64,000 nt of DNA from positions 8,012 to 72,011 of the forward strand of contig JACPEG010000029.1 in the NCBI GenBank assembly GCA_016183615.1, in the 5' to 3' direction. Of this stretch, positions 52,971-63,600 are shown in pieces. A program made the translations under genes and the position numbers. Below the pieces are notes generated by a model. It was given only the letters and a program-made list of their open reading frames with translations, had not been told where the DNA came from and searched no databases. Numbering within the stretch: the stretch's first letter is position 1; every line of letters begins with the position of its first letter. Source of the DNA: Betaproteobacteria bacterium. GTDB taxonomy: Bacteria; Pseudomonadota; Gammaproteobacteria; Burkholderiales; UBA6910.

Positions 52971-54910
52971 GGTTCCAGCCGCCGGTCCTCCCGCAGCAGC
53001 TTCTCGTAGTCGGCCGCGGAGAGCGGCTTGCTGAAGTAGTAGCCCTGGATTTCGTCGCAGTGGCTGGCCCGGAGGAATTCCAGCTGCTCCCGGGTTTCCA
53101 CGCCTTCGGCGATGACCTTCAGCTTCAGGTTGTGCCCCAGCGTGATTATGGTCTGCGTAATCCGGGCATCGGCGGCGGCGGCGGTCACGTGCCGCACAAA
53201 CGATTGATCCACCTTCAGGCGGTCCACCGGAAAGCGCCGGAGGTAGCTCAGGCTCGAATAGCCGGTTCCGAAGTCGTCGATCGCCAGCTGGACGCCCAGT
53301 GCCCCGAGTCGCTCGAGAATGGCGATGAACTCCTCGGCGCCGTGAACCACCATGCTTTCGGTGATCTCCAGCTCCAGGTAGCGCGGCTCGATCCCCGAAT
53401 CCGCCAGCGCGACCGCCACGGTACGCACCAGATCGTAGTGCCGGGACTGGCGCGCCGACATGTTGACCGATACCGGCAGCCGCGGCAGGCCGGCCTCGTG
53501 CCACGCCTTGTTCTGTCGCAGGGCCCGGTCGAGTATCCACTCGCCGATTCCGACGATCAGCCCCGTTTCCTCCGCGAGCGCGATGAACCGCGACGGCGGA
53601 ACGCATCCCAGGTCGGGGTGGTTCCAGCGCACCAGGGTCTCGGCGCCGATCACGCGACCGGTCGCCAGTTCCACCTGGGGCTGGAATTCGAGGAACAGCT
53701 CGTCGCGCTCCAGGGCCCGGCGCAGGCTCGCTTCCAGGCTGAGCCGCTCGGTCACCCGGGCATTCATCTCCGGGGTAAAGAACTGGAAGTTGTTGCGGCC
53801 CAGTTCCTTGGCCCGGTACATCGCCGCATCGGCATTCTTGAGCAGCGTCTCCTCGTCGGTTCCATCCTGGGGATGGAGGCTGCAGCCGCCGCTGCAGGTC
53901 AGCAGAAAATCCCGGTCCCCCACCTGGAACGGCTTGGACACCGAGGTAATGACCCGCTGAAGGACGGAGGAAATGTGCTCCTCGCTCGGCTGATCGAACA
54001 GCACCAGCACGAACTCGTCGCCTCCATACCGCGCCACCGTATCGGCGTCCCGCACGCACGCCCTGAGCCGCTCCGCCACCGTCCTGAGCAGCGCATCTCC
54101 GACGTTGTGGCCCAGGCTGTCGTTCACGAACTTGAAATGGTCCAGGTCCAGAAACGCGACCGCCACCAGGTGTCCGTAGCGCTGCGAATAGGCGATCGCC
54201 TGGCGCACCCGGTCCCGCAGCAGGTTGCGATTGGGAAGGCCGGTCAGCACATCGTAATTGGCCTGATGCTCCAGGTCCTCCTGGTAGCGTTTAAGCTCGG
54301 TGATGTCGTTCTGCACGCCAACGAAATGAGTGACCCGCCCGTCTTCATCGCGCACCGGCGCAATGTGCAAATCGTTCCAGAACAGGCTCCCGTCCTTGCG
54401 GTAGTTGCGCAGGACCACGCGTCCCTCCCGCTCCTCGCGGATCGCCTCCCGGAGGGTGTCGAGCTCCAGCTGCTGCCGGTCGTCGCGGGTCAGGAAACGG
54501 CAATTCTTTCCCAGCACCTCGTCCCTGGCATAGCCGGTGATCTGCTCGAACGCCGGGTTGACATAGACGATGGGATCGTCGCGCCGGGCATGATCGGTGA
54601 TGATGATCGCGTTGGTGCTCGATTCGATGGCGCGGTCCCTGAGCCGCACCGCCTGCGCCGCAATCCGCTCGGCGGACAGGCCGCGGTCGATCAGAAGGTA
54701 GAGCAGCCACGACGTGGCCACCATGAAAAACCAGCCGTTCAGCGTCTGGTACCAGGTGAGATCGTCGAGGGGAATGTCGGTGAGCAGGGTGACCGGGATC
54801 CCGTTGGAAAACAGCACCCAGAGGCCCACGATCACGCCGTACACGGCCGCAATCTGCAGGGCCTGGCGCTTCCGGAGCGGCGACTTGGGATCGAAAAGAC
54901 CGCGCATCAT
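52967..54910 (-). CDS. PAS-GGDEF-EAL cyclic-di-GMP signalling protein with N-terminal membrane segments
   Basis: 647 aa. PAS (…NAIIITDHARRDDPIVYVNPAFEQITGY), GGDEF (ARYGGDEFVLVL), and EAL domain (AETLVRW, DDFGTGYSSLSYL, EGVET). Confidence 0.9.
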   Translation of the reverse strand: MMRGLFDPKSPLRKRQALQIAAVYGVIVGLWVLFSNGIPVTLLTDIPLDDLTWYQTLNGWFFMVATSWLLYLLIDRGLSAERIAAQAVRLRDRAIESSTNAIIITDHARRDDPIVYVNPAFEQITGYARDEVLGKNCRFLTRDDRQQLELDTLREAIREEREGRVVLRNYRKDGSLFWNDLHIAPVRDEDGRVTHFVGVQNDITELKRYQEDLEHQANYDVLTGLPNRNLLRDRVRQAIAYSQRYGHLVAVAFLDLDHFKFVNDSLGHNVGDALLRTVAERLRACVRDADTVARYGGDEFVLVLFDQPSEEHISSVLQRVITSVSKPFQVGDRDFLLTCSGGCSLHPQDGTDEETLLKNADAAMYRAKELGRNNFQFFTPEMNARVTERLSLEASLRRALERDELFLEFQPQVELATGRVIGAETLVRWNHPDLGCVPPSRFIALAEETGLIVGIGEWILDRALRQNKAWHEAGLPRLPVSVNMSARQSRHYDLVRTVAVALADSGIEPRYLELEITESMVVHGAEEFIAILERLGALGVQLAIDDFGTGYSSLSYLRRFPVDRLKVDQSFVRHVTAAAADARITQTIITLGHNLKLKVIAEGVETREQLEFLRASHCDEIQGYYFSKPLSAADYEKLLREDRRLEP

Positions 54911-54978
54911 GGGTGACCTCCCCTTCGGAACGTGAGGTTTGCCATCGGCGGCCCCGGGGGCCGCGCCTTTTGGTCATT

Positions 54979-55869
54979 CTAGTCGATGGCCGTCCGCACC
55001 GTCTGGAAATGGATGTCCACCGTATCCTCGATGTCCCGGGCGTAGCCTCCCGCCATGGTGACCGCGACCGGGATGCCGCCGCGGCGGCAGGCGCAAAGGA
55101 CCATGCGGTCGCGCTCGGCAAGTCCCTGCTTGGTGAGCGCGAGCCTGCCCAGCCGGTCGTCGGCGTAGGGGTCGGCGCCCGCGAGATAGATTGCAAGATC
55201 GGCGCGGGCGCGCCGGAAGGCCTCGGCCAGCCCCCGCTCCAGCGCGTCCAGGTAGGCGCCGTCGGTCGTCCCGTCGGGAAGCGCCAGGTCGAGATCGCTC
55301 GCCTCCTTGCGGAACGGGAAATTCCTCGCGGCGTGTATCGAGAACGTGAAGACGGTTTCGTCGCGGGCAAAGATCGCCGCGGTGCCGTTGCCCTGGTGCA
55401 CGTCGCAGTCGAGGATCACCACCCGCCGCGCCCTGCCCTCGGCCTGCATTGCGCGAGCAGCGATCGCCGCATCGTTCAGTACGCAGTAGCCTTCGCCCCG
55501 GTCGCGAAAGGCGTGATGGGTGCCGCCCGCAAGGTTGATGCCGCAGCCCTCGGAAAGCGCGCTCCGGCAGGCCGCGAGGGTCGCGCCGGCGGAACGGCGC
55601 GATCGCTCCACCATCTGCGGCGACCAGGGAAAGCCGATGCGCCGCGTCTCGTCGGCAGAAAGCTCGCCGCGCAGGAGCCGCCTCAGGTACCGCGGATCGT
55701 GGGCCCGCAGGATTTCGGTGTCGCTTGCCGCGTCGGCCGCGAGCAGGCGATGACCCGCGATCCACGACGCGGCCGCCACGCGCTCCCGCAGCCGCGAATA
55801 CTTGGACATGGGAAACCGATGCCCCGGCGGCAGCGGCAGGACGAAGTGATCGCTGTAGTAGAATTTCAC
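54979..55869 (-). CDS. histone deacetylase-family (HDAC-like / acetoin-utilisation-type) deacetylase
   Basis: VKFYYSDHF... family N-terminus (GTG start; the longest ORF reaches 55944). Active-site contexts [16 protein letters not shown] and GADPY. Confidence 0.85.
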   Translation of the reverse strand: MKFYYSDHFVLPLPPGHRFPMSKYSRLRERVAAASWIAGHRLLAADAASDTEILRAHDPRYLRRLLRGELSADETRRIGFPWSPQMVERSRRSAGATLAACRSALSEGCGINLAGGTHHAFRDRGEGYCVLNDAAIAARAMQAEGRARRVVILDCDVHQGNGTAAIFARDETVFTFSIHAARNFPFRKEASDLDLALPDGTTDGAYLDALERGLAEAFRRARADLAIYLAGADPYADDRLGRLALTKQGLAERDRMVLCACRRGGIPVAVTMAGGYARDIEDTVDIHFQTVRTAID

Positions 55870-56043
55870 GCTACTGCGCACAAAAACGCCGTGGGGTGCG
55901 TGATACGCCCCCTGCAATTCCTGGCAACGTCCAATAATACGCAATGCCCGCCAAAAGTCACAGCCCGGCCCCGGCCATCACCGCGCTCGCGTCCTCGTTA
56001 CCGGTTCACGGGATAGGCGACGACGTATTCACACAAGAAGCGC

Positions 56044-57387
56044 CTACGCGATCGGCGCGGCCGGTCTTATGTATGCGGGCTGGCCCATGATGTGAGTGGC
56101 GTACACCGATCGGTCATCGGCAAGCATCATGAGCACAAAGAGACGCTCCGCCACAGTCGCCGTGTTCTCCATGCGCCGCGCCAGGAGCGGCGTCGCGCCC
56201 GGATCAAGCACCACGAAATCGCCTTCCTTCCCCGGCGCGAAGTTGCCAATCTCCCCGTCCAGGTAAAGGGCGCGCGCCGAGCCCAGCGTGGCGAGGTAAA
56301 AGGCCTTGAACGCCGAGAGCTTCTGACCGCTCAACTGCAGCACCTTATAGGCCTCGTCCAGGGTGCGGAACATGCTGAAACTGGTGCCGCCGCCGACGTC
56401 AGTACCGATGCCCACGCGCACCTTCTTGTCGCGCGCGCCGCTTAGGTCGAACAGGCCGCTGCCGAGAAAGAGGTTGGATGTCGGACAGAATGACATTGCG
56501 GTGCCGGTGCCCGCCATACGCTCGCGGTCGCGCTCGTCCAGATGTATGCAGTGCGCATATACCGCGCGCTGTCGCAGCAGCCCGAAGCGGTCGTACACAT
56601 CGAGGTAGCTGCGACTCCAGGGATAGAGCTCCGCTACCCAAGCCACTTCGCCCTTGTTCTCGGCGACATGAGACTGCAGGTAGACGTCCGGGTGCTCGTC
56701 GAGAAGTTTCCCCGCCAATTCCAGCTGGCGCTCCGTCGAGGTCGGCGCGAACCGCGGGGTCACTGCGTATCTGAGACGCCCCCTGTGGTGCCACTTCTCG
56801 ATCAGCGCCTTGCTGTCATCGTAGGACGATTCCGCCGTGTCGCGCAGGAAATCGGGACAGTTGCGGTCCATCATGACCTTGCCGGCGAGCAGGCACATGC
56901 CTCGCGCAGCCGCTGCCTCGAAGATGGCGTCCACGGATTCCTTGTGCACCGTGGCGAAGACGAGTGCCGTGGTGGTGCCGTTGCGCAGCAGTTCTTCCAA
57001 AAAGAAGTCGGCCACTGCACGCGCGTGCAGCGGATCGGCGAAGCGCCTCTCGGTCGGGAAGGTATAGCGCTCCAACCATTCCAGGAGTTGCTCGCCATAG
57101 GAGGCGATGATGTCGGTCTGCGGATAGTGGATATGCGTGTCGATGAATCCGGGCAGGATGAGCTTGCCGGTATAGTCGATCATCGCCGCGTCCGGCGGCA
57201 AGCGCGCGAGCAGTGCGCCCGCCTCGCCAAGTTCGGCAACCCGCCCGTCGCGCAGGACCAGCAGGCCATCTTCGAAATATTGGTGTGCACCCTCGCCCAG
57301 ATCGTCGGGATCGTCGACGAAGTGGAGGATGGACGCGCGGAACGCCCGGATGCGCTCACCGCCCTGCTGTTTCGATTGCGCGCTCAT
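56044..57387 (-). CDS. guaD: guanine deaminase
   Basis: 447 aa. FIDTHIHYPQ metal site, then ...YGEQLLEWLERYTFPTE..., ...SHVAEN..., ...GTDVGGG. Confidence 0.9.
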   Translation of the reverse strand: MSAQSKQQGGERIRAFRASILHFVDDPDDLGEGAHQYFEDGLLVLRDGRVAELGEAGALLARLPPDAAMIDYTGKLILPGFIDTHIHYPQTDIIASYGEQLLEWLERYTFPTERRFADPLHARAVADFFLEELLRNGTTTALVFATVHKESVDAIFEAAAARGMCLLAGKVMMDRNCPDFLRDTAESSYDDSKALIEKWHHRGRLRYAVTPRFAPTSTERQLELAGKLLDEHPDVYLQSHVAENKGEVAWVAELYPWSRSYLDVYDRFGLLRQRAVYAHCIHLDERDRERMAGTGTAMSFCPTSNLFLGSGLFDLSGARDKKVRVGIGTDVGGGTSFSMFRTLDEAYKVLQLSGQKLSAFKAFYLATLGSARALYLDGEIGNFAPGKEGDFVVLDPGATPLLARRMENTATVAERLFVLMMLADDRSVYATHIMGQPAYIRPAAPIA

Positions 57388-57400
57388 GCTGCCCCGTGCA

Positions 57401-58597
57401 TTACTTGGTCGGCGCGCCCTGAGCGAACCAGGTGGCGATGAGCTGCCGTTCCTCGTCGGTCATCTGAGTCAGATTGCCGATCGGCATGTAGCGGTTGCCA
57501 ACGGTCTCGGCCACCTTCGGCGCGTTGGTCGCGATCTGGTCGGCAGTCTCGAGCAGCACGCCCTTGGGCGGCTGGGCGAAGCCGGGCTGGGTCGGCTGCG
57601 CGGCATGACAGGACACACAACGCGCCTGGAACACGCCCTGGACCTTGGCGAACGCGACCGGCCCGGCGCCTTTGACAGAGGCGGCCGACTGCGGCGCAAT
57701 GGCCACGGCCAGCCCCGCCAGCAGCACAACGCCAATGGCCGGCAGCGCCCAGTTGACCCGGCCGCCGTGGCGCAGGACGAAGAACTGGCGGATGAGGACA
57801 CCGGCCAGCATGATCACGCCCAGCACGACCCAGCCGTACTTATGGCTGTAGGTCATCGGGTAGTGGTTGCTGATCATGATGAACAGTACCGGCAGCGTGA
57901 AATAGGTATTGTGCACCGAACGCTGCTTGCCAATGAGACCGGGGGTCGGATCGGGTTCGCGACCGGCGCGAATGTCGGCCACCATCTGCTTCTGGCCGGG
58001 GATGATGTGGAAGAAGACGTTGGCCACCATGATGGTGCCGATCATGATGCCGACATGGATGTAGGCAGCGCGCGCACCGAAGAGGTGGAACAGCGCCCAG
58101 GCCGCCGCCATGACCAGCACAAAAACGCTCCCGGCGAGCACGTTCTCGTTCTTGCCCAGTACCTTGCACAGGGTGTCGTAAAAGAGCCAGCCAGCAACAG
58201 TGAAAGCAACGCTGATGCCCACTGCCGCTGCCGGCGAGAGCGCCATCACGTTCTTGTCGATCAGATACGAGCTCGCCCCGTACCAGTAGATGATCGCCAC
58301 CAGTCCCATGCCGGAGAGCCAGGTGGTATAGGCTTCCCACTTCGACCAATGCAGGTCGTCCGAGAGCAGCTCGCCCTTCGGACCGGCCAGGAATTTCTGG
58401 CTGTTGTAGAAGCCCCCGCCATGCACGGCCCACAGCTCGCCGGATACGCCACGCTTGGCGTCTTCCGCTTTCTTCGGGGCTTTCAGCGAGTTGTCCAACA
58501 TGACGAAGTAGAACGACGCGCCGATCCAGGCGATGCCGGCGATCAAGTGCAGCCACCGCAGCAGGAGGTTCAGCCAGTCGACAATGTAGGATTCCAT
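57401..58597 (-). CDS. puuD: membrane urate hydroxylase PuuD-type protein with C-terminal cytochrome c domain
   Basis: 398 aa. N-terminal polytopic membrane domain (WLHLIAGIAWIGASFYFVMLDN) and heme-binding CVSCH near the C-terminus. Confidence 0.85.
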   Translation of the reverse strand: MESYIVDWLNLLLRWLHLIAGIAWIGASFYFVMLDNSLKAPKKAEDAKRGVSGELWAVHGGGFYNSQKFLAGPKGELLSDDLHWSKWEAYTTWLSGMGLVAIIYWYGASSYLIDKNVMALSPAAAVGISVAFTVAGWLFYDTLCKVLGKNENVLAGSVFVLVMAAAWALFHLFGARAAYIHVGIMIGTIMVANVFFHIIPGQKQMVADIRAGREPDPTPGLIGKQRSVHNTYFTLPVLFIMISNHYPMTYSHKYGWVVLGVIMLAGVLIRQFFVLRHGGRVNWALPAIGVVLLAGLAVAIAPQSAASVKGAGPVAFAKVQGVFQARCVSCHAAQPTQPGFAQPPKGVLLETADQIATNAPKVAETVGNRYMPIGNLTQMTDEERQLIATWFAQGAPTK

Positions 58598-58713
58598 GGT
58601 TTTCTCGTTTGATCGCGCGGGCGCAACCTACCCTGCGGGCGGGGCGCCCGCTTCCCGCATGCGGCCCCGGCGGCGAGGCTCGTCGCCGGGGTACTTCATC
58701 TACAACCTCGGGG

Positions 58714-59811
58714 TCACTTCTTGGGCAGCTTGCCCTGCACGCCTTCCACGTAGAAGTCCATCTTCGAAAGCTCTTCATCGCCCATGGTCTTGCCGGCGGC
58801 TACGCGCTCCTTGCCTTCGTTATCCTTAACGGGACCCTGGAAGGGGTGCAGCTTGCCGGCGGCGATATCTTTTTCCTTCGCTGCGACCAGGTCCGCCACG
58901 TCCTTGGGCACGGCGGGGTTGAGCGGCGCCAGCTTGATCATGCCCTCCTTGATGCCGCCCCAGACGTTTGTCGTCTTCCATTTACCGGCCATTACGTCCT
59001 GTACCGCCTTGGTGTAGTAGCCGCCCCAGTGATGCGTAGTCGCCGTGAGGTGCGCCTTGGGACCGTACTTGGACATGTCGGAGTGGTAGCCGAAGGCGTA
59101 CTTGCCCTTCTCCTCCGCTGCCTGCACCACCGCAGTAGAGTCGGTATGGTGGGTGATAATATCGGCGCCTTGCGAGAGCAGCGTGTTCGCCGCCTCGCGC
59201 TCGCGGCCCGGGTCGAACCAGGAGTTCACCCAGATGACCTTCACCTCGGCCTTGGGATTGACGCTGCGCATTCCCTGCGCGAAGGCATTGATGCCCTGAA
59301 CAACTTCGGGAATCGGGAACGCGGCGACATAGCCGGCGGAATTGCTCTTGGTCATCTTGCCGGCGATCACCCCGGTAAGGTAGCGGCCTTCGTAAAAGCG
59401 GGCGTTAACGACGCCGACATTCTTGGCCGACTTGTAGCCGGTGGCGTGCATGAACACCGTGCTGGGGAATTTCTCGGCGACCTTGATCGTCGGGTTCATG
59501 TAGCCGAACGATGTGGTGAACACGACCTTGTACCCCCCCGCCGCAAACTCGCGGATGACGCGCTCGGCGTCCGCGCCTTCGGGCACGTTCTCGACCGCCT
59601 TGGTCGTCACCTTGGCGCCAAGCGCCTTCTCCAGTTCCTTACGTCCCTGATCGTGCTGGTAAGTCCAGCCTGCATCCCCGATCGGGCTCACATACACGAA
59701 ACCTACTTTCACCGGCTCTTGCGAGTAGGCCGCCCCGGAAAGCGCCAGGCCCAATGCGGTTCCTACGGCCAGCCCGGTGATACGGCGGGTGATGCGTTTA
59801 TCAGTTCTCAT
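58714..59811 (-). CDS. BMP-family ABC transporter substrate-binding protein (purine/nucleoside type)
   Basis: Start at MRTDKRITRRITGLAVGTALGLALSGAAYS. GFVYVSPIGDAGWTYQHD pattern of Bmp/PnrA-like receptors. Confidence 0.85.
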   Translation of the reverse strand: MRTDKRITRRITGLAVGTALGLALSGAAYSQEPVKVGFVYVSPIGDAGWTYQHDQGRKELEKALGAKVTTKAVENVPEGADAERVIREFAAGGYKVVFTTSFGYMNPTIKVAEKFPSTVFMHATGYKSAKNVGVVNARFYEGRYLTGVIAGKMTKSNSAGYVAAFPIPEVVQGINAFAQGMRSVNPKAEVKVIWVNSWFDPGREREAANTLLSQGADIITHHTDSTAVVQAAEEKGKYAFGYHSDMSKYGPKAHLTATTHHWGGYYTKAVQDVMAGKWKTTNVWGGIKEGMIKLAPLNPAVPKDVADLVAAKEKDIAAGKLHPFQGPVKDNEGKERVAAGKTMGDEELSKMDFYVEGVQGKLPKK

Positions 59812-59949
59812 GATCTGCTCTCCTTGATTTAACAACTGTTCAAACGAGGGCCCCGGTGCTGCTCGTTGCGAATTCGCGACCTAAGCCATGACGGGACTTT
59901 GGGTTGAGAAAGAAGTCGTGTTCGTCACATGCCGATATTTCCCTCCTTG

Positions 59950-60867
59950 TTAGTCGGGGCGATAGGGCCTGCCCAGGGACACCGGGGCATTGAGGCGAAT
60001 CGTTGCCATGTCGCGCGAGATGAATACCAGCACGATGATGGTGGCCAGATAAGGCAGGGACGAGAGGAACTGGGCAGTAATCGTCACGCCCGCGCCCTGC
60101 GCGAAGAATTGCGCGATCGTCACGCCGCCGAACAGATAGGCGCCGACCATCACCCGCGCCGGACGCCAGGTGGCGAAGACCACCAGCGCCAGCGCGATCC
60201 AGCCCCGCCCCGCCACCATGCCCTCTACCCATAGCGGAGTGTAAAACTCCGCCAGATGGACGCCGCCCAGGCCCGCCATGGCGCCGCCGAACAGCGTCGC
60301 CAGATAGCGGATGCGGATCACCGGGTAGCCGATGGCATGCGCGGACTCGGGCGATTCCCCGATGGAGCGCAGCACCAGTCCGGCGCGGCTCTTGTAGAGG
60401 AACCAGGACACGCCGGCGAACAGCGCCCAGGACACATAAACGAGGATCTGGTGCTTGAACAACACCGGCCCCAACACCGGGATCTGGGAAAGGAGCGGAA
60501 TTTCCAGCGGCGCTTGCGCCGCGAGTGTGACGCTCTCGTAGGGCTTGCCCATGAACGCCGAGAGCCCGACGCCGAAGAGTGTAAGCGCCAGCCCCGAGGC
60601 AACCTGGTTGGCCATCAGGTTCAGTGTCAGTATCGCGAAGATGCCTGACATCAGCACGCCGGCCACCATGCCGGCGAGCACGCCGAACCACACATTGCCG
60701 GTGGTAGCGGCTGTAGCGAAACCGGAGACCGCGCCCACCAGCATCGTGCCCTCGACGCCCAGGTTCAGCACGCCGGCTTTCTCCGTCACCAGTTCCCCGA
60801 GGGCGGCGAAAACCAGGGGCGTGCCGGCAACGATGGCAGCGGCGAGAATAGCAACGATTGTATCCAT
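59950..60867 (-). CDS. ABC transporter permease (BMP-type system)
   Basis: 305 aa, polytopic. Its ATG abuts the stop of the preceding permease gene. Confidence 0.85.
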   Translation of the reverse strand: MDTIVAILAAAIVAGTPLVFAALGELVTEKAGVLNLGVEGTMLVGAVSGFATAATTGNVWFGVLAGMVAGVLMSGIFAILTLNLMANQVASGLALTLFGVGLSAFMGKPYESVTLAAQAPLEIPLLSQIPVLGPVLFKHQILVYVSWALFAGVSWFLYKSRAGLVLRSIGESPESAHAIGYPVIRIRYLATLFGGAMAGLGGVHLAEFYTPLWVEGMVAGRGWIALALVVFATWRPARVMVGAYLFGGVTIAQFFAQGAGVTITAQFLSSLPYLATIIVLVFISRDMATIRLNAPVSLGRPYRPD

Positions 60868-61964
60868 TATGCGGCGGCCTCCTTCAACCGGGCCTGCGCC
60901 TTCGGCGGCTGGACCACCTTGACGCGGTAACTGATAAACACATCGGAGCCGAGCAGGAAGAACAGCAGCATGCCCTGGAACAGCCCGGTCATGGCGGATG
61001 GCAGGTTGAGCTCCATCTGCGCCGCCTCGCCACCCAGATAGAGCAGCGACATCAGCAGGCTGGCGAGCAGGATGCCGACGGGATGCAGCCGCCCGACGAA
61101 GGCGACGATAATGGCGGCAAAGCCGTAGCCCGGCGACACCGATGGCAGGAGCTGGCCAATGGGGCCGGCAACCTCGCCCATGCCGGCGATTCCCGCGGCT
61201 GCCCCACCCAACAGCAGGCCCAGCCAGATCATGCCGTTAGCGTTGAAACCGGCATACTTGGCGGCGGCATCTGCCAATCCCGCCACGCGCATCTGGAAAC
61301 CCTTGAAGCTCCGGTTCAGAAACAAATAACCGGCGGCGATCGCGGCGAGCGAGATCAGAAAACCGACATTCAGCCGGGTGCCCGCGATCAGCGCGGGATA
61401 CAACGCAGTTTCGGTGAACTGCTTCGTCTGCGGGAAGTTGAAGCCTTCCGGATCGCGCCACGGCTCATTCACCAGCCAGCTCAGCAACAGATTCGCCACA
61501 TAGACGAGCATCAGGCTGACCAGGATCTCGTTGGTGTTGAATCGCGTTCGCAGCAATGCCGGGATCGCGGCCCACAGCATGCCGCCGATCGCACCCGCGA
61601 CCACCATCATCGGCAGCACGAACTTGCTGTCGGAGCCGTAGAAATACAACGCAACCCCGCCGGCGAAGATGGCGCCGAGCACCAACTGGCCTTCGGCGCC
61701 GATGTTCCAGACATTGGCCCGATAACCGCAGGCCAGCCCGACGGCGATCAGCATCAACGGCGAGGCCTTGAGCAGCAGCTCGGCAATGCCATTCAGATCG
61801 CGGATCGGATGAACGAAGAACGTATAAAACGCCTGCAGCGGGTTCTTCCCCAAGACCGAGAACAGGATGAACCCGGCAATGATGGTCAGCCCCGCCGCCA
61901 GCAGCGGTGAAAGATAGCCCATAAGCGGAGACGGTTCCGCTCTTGCTTCAAGCTTGAGCCGCAT
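60867..61964 (-). CDS. ABC transporter permease (BMP-type system)
   Basis: Start at MRLKLEARAEPSPLMGYLSPLLA, overlapping the end of the ATPase gene. Polytopic. Confidence 0.85.
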   Translation of the reverse strand: MRLKLEARAEPSPLMGYLSPLLAAGLTIIAGFILFSVLGKNPLQAFYTFFVHPIRDLNGIAELLLKASPLMLIAVGLACGYRANVWNIGAEGQLVLGAIFAGGVALYFYGSDSKFVLPMMVVAGAIGGMLWAAIPALLRTRFNTNEILVSLMLVYVANLLLSWLVNEPWRDPEGFNFPQTKQFTETALYPALIAGTRLNVGFLISLAAIAAGYLFLNRSFKGFQMRVAGLADAAAKYAGFNANGMIWLGLLLGGAAAGIAGMGEVAGPIGQLLPSVSPGYGFAAIIVAFVGRLHPVGILLASLLMSLLYLGGEAAQMELNLPSAMTGLFQGMLLFFLLGSDVFISYRVKVVQPPKAQARLKEAAA

Positions 61965-63540
61965 TTTTTGCCTCTTCGCTGGCGGGTGAGTAGTGCGCCG
62001 CGTCGCCGGCGTCCGGCCACATGCCACTCATCCATACGCCGATCTCTTCGACGTTGGTTTCCTGGATTGGCTTGGCCGGCGACAGCCGTCCCTTGGCGAT
62101 CACCGCAAGCCGGTCACTGATTTCGAACAGCTCGTCAAGCTCCTCGGAGACCACGAGGATCGCCACTCCCTCGTTGCGCAGATCAATAATGCGCTGCCGG
62201 ATGAACGCCGCCGCACCCACATCAACGCCCCAGGTTGGTTGGGAGACGACAAGCACCTTCGGGTTTTGCATGAGCTCGCGGCCAACGATGAACTTCTGCA
62301 AGTTGCCGCCTGACAAGCTCTTCGCCTCGGAGTGCGAACCGCCGCACTTGACGTTGTAGTCCTTGATGCAGTTATCGGCAAACGCCTTGACCTCGGCGAA
62401 CTTGATGAGGCCGCTCTTGACGAAGCCGCGGCGGTGGGCCGTGAGCAGGGCATTGTCCGCCAGCGACATGCGCGGCACCGCCCCGCGGCCCAACCGCTCC
62501 TCGGGAACGAAGCACATGCCCAGTTGACGCCGCTCGCCGGGATCCATTCTCCCCGCTTCGACACCGCAGATGATCACCGGGTGCTTCTCGCCGATCGGCT
62601 CCTCGCCGGAGATGGCCGCCAGCAGCTCCTGCTGACCGTTGCCGGAGACGCCCGCCACACCGACGATTTCGCCGCTGTGAACCGTGAGGTGCATATCCTT
62701 GAGGTCGGTGCCGAAGGGATCGGGCGACTCGTGGGATAAGCCGGCAATGACCAGTCTCGGCTCGCCTGGCTTGGGCGCGCCGCGCTGGGGATGCGGCAAG
62801 TCCTTGCCGATCATCATGCGCGCCATGCTGGCCGGCGTTTCCTGGCGCGGGTCGCAATGGCCCGTGACCTGGCCGCCGCGCAGCACTGTCGCGCTGTTGC
62901 ACAGCTCCTGGATTTCGTCGAGCTTGTGGCTGATGTACAGAATCGTGCAACCTTCCACCGAGAGCTGCCGCAGCGTCTCGAACAGCTTCCTGACGGCCTG
63001 CGGCGTGAGCACCGAAGTTGGCTCGTCCATGATGAGCAGTCTCGGATTCACCAGCAGACAGCGGATAATCTCCACCCGCTGCCGCTCGCCCACCGAGAGC
63101 GAATGCACCAGCCGCCTCGGATCGACAGGCAGCCCGTATTTCTCCGACACTTCGGTGATGCGCCTGGACAGTTCGTTCAGCTCCGGCTTTCCGGGAAGCG
63201 CCAGGGCGACGTTTTCGGCCACCGTGATGGTCTCGAAGAGAGAGAAATGCTGGAATACCATGCCGATCCCCAGGTCGCGCGCGTGCGCGGGATTCACCAC
63301 GGTCACTGGCTTGCCTTCCCAGCACACCTCCCCGGCATCGGGTTTGACCACGCCGTAGATGATCTTCATCAGCGTGCTCTTGCCGGCGCCGTTCTCACCG
63401 AGCACCGCGTGTATTTCTCCGGGCATCGCCGTGAGGGATACGTCTTTGTTCGCGACGACGGCCGGATAGATCTTCGTGATGTTGCGAAGCTCGATCCGGG
63501 GGTGTCCGCTCGAGTGGGACGTCTCAATCCGATTAGTCAT
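61948..63540 (-). CDS. ABC transporter ATP-binding protein with duplicated ATPase domains
   Basis: Start at MTNRIETSH after GGAAGGAG. Walker A GENGAGKST and GVSGNGQQE; signatures LSVGERQRV and LSGGNLQK. Confidence 0.9.
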   Translation of the reverse strand: MTNRIETSHSSGHPRIELRNITKIYPAVVANKDVSLTAMPGEIHAVLGENGAGKSTLMKIIYGVVKPDAGEVCWEGKPVTVVNPAHARDLGIGMVFQHFSLFETITVAENVALALPGKPELNELSRRITEVSEKYGLPVDPRRLVHSLSVGERQRVEIIRCLLVNPRLLIMDEPTSVLTPQAVRKLFETLRQLSVEGCTILYISHKLDEIQELCNSATVLRGGQVTGHCDPRQETPASMARMMIGKDLPHPQRGAPKPGEPRLVIAGLSHESPDPFGTDLKDMHLTVHSGEIVGVAGVSGNGQQELLAAISGEEPIGEKHPVIICGVEAGRMDPGERRQLGMCFVPEERLGRGAVPRMSLADNALLTAHRRGFVKSGLIKFAEVKAFADNCIKDYNVKCGGSHSEAKSLSGGNLQKFIVGRELMQNPKVLVVSQPTWGVDVGAAAFIRQRIIDLRNEGVAILVVSEELDELFEISDRLAVIAKGRLSPAKPIQETNVEEIGVWMSGMWPDAGDAAHYSPASEEAKNAAQA

Positions 63541-63600
63541 CCAATCTCCTTCCCGACGACTCGCTTGCGCCTGCGTATGGGGCGTTGTTCTGTTCACCCG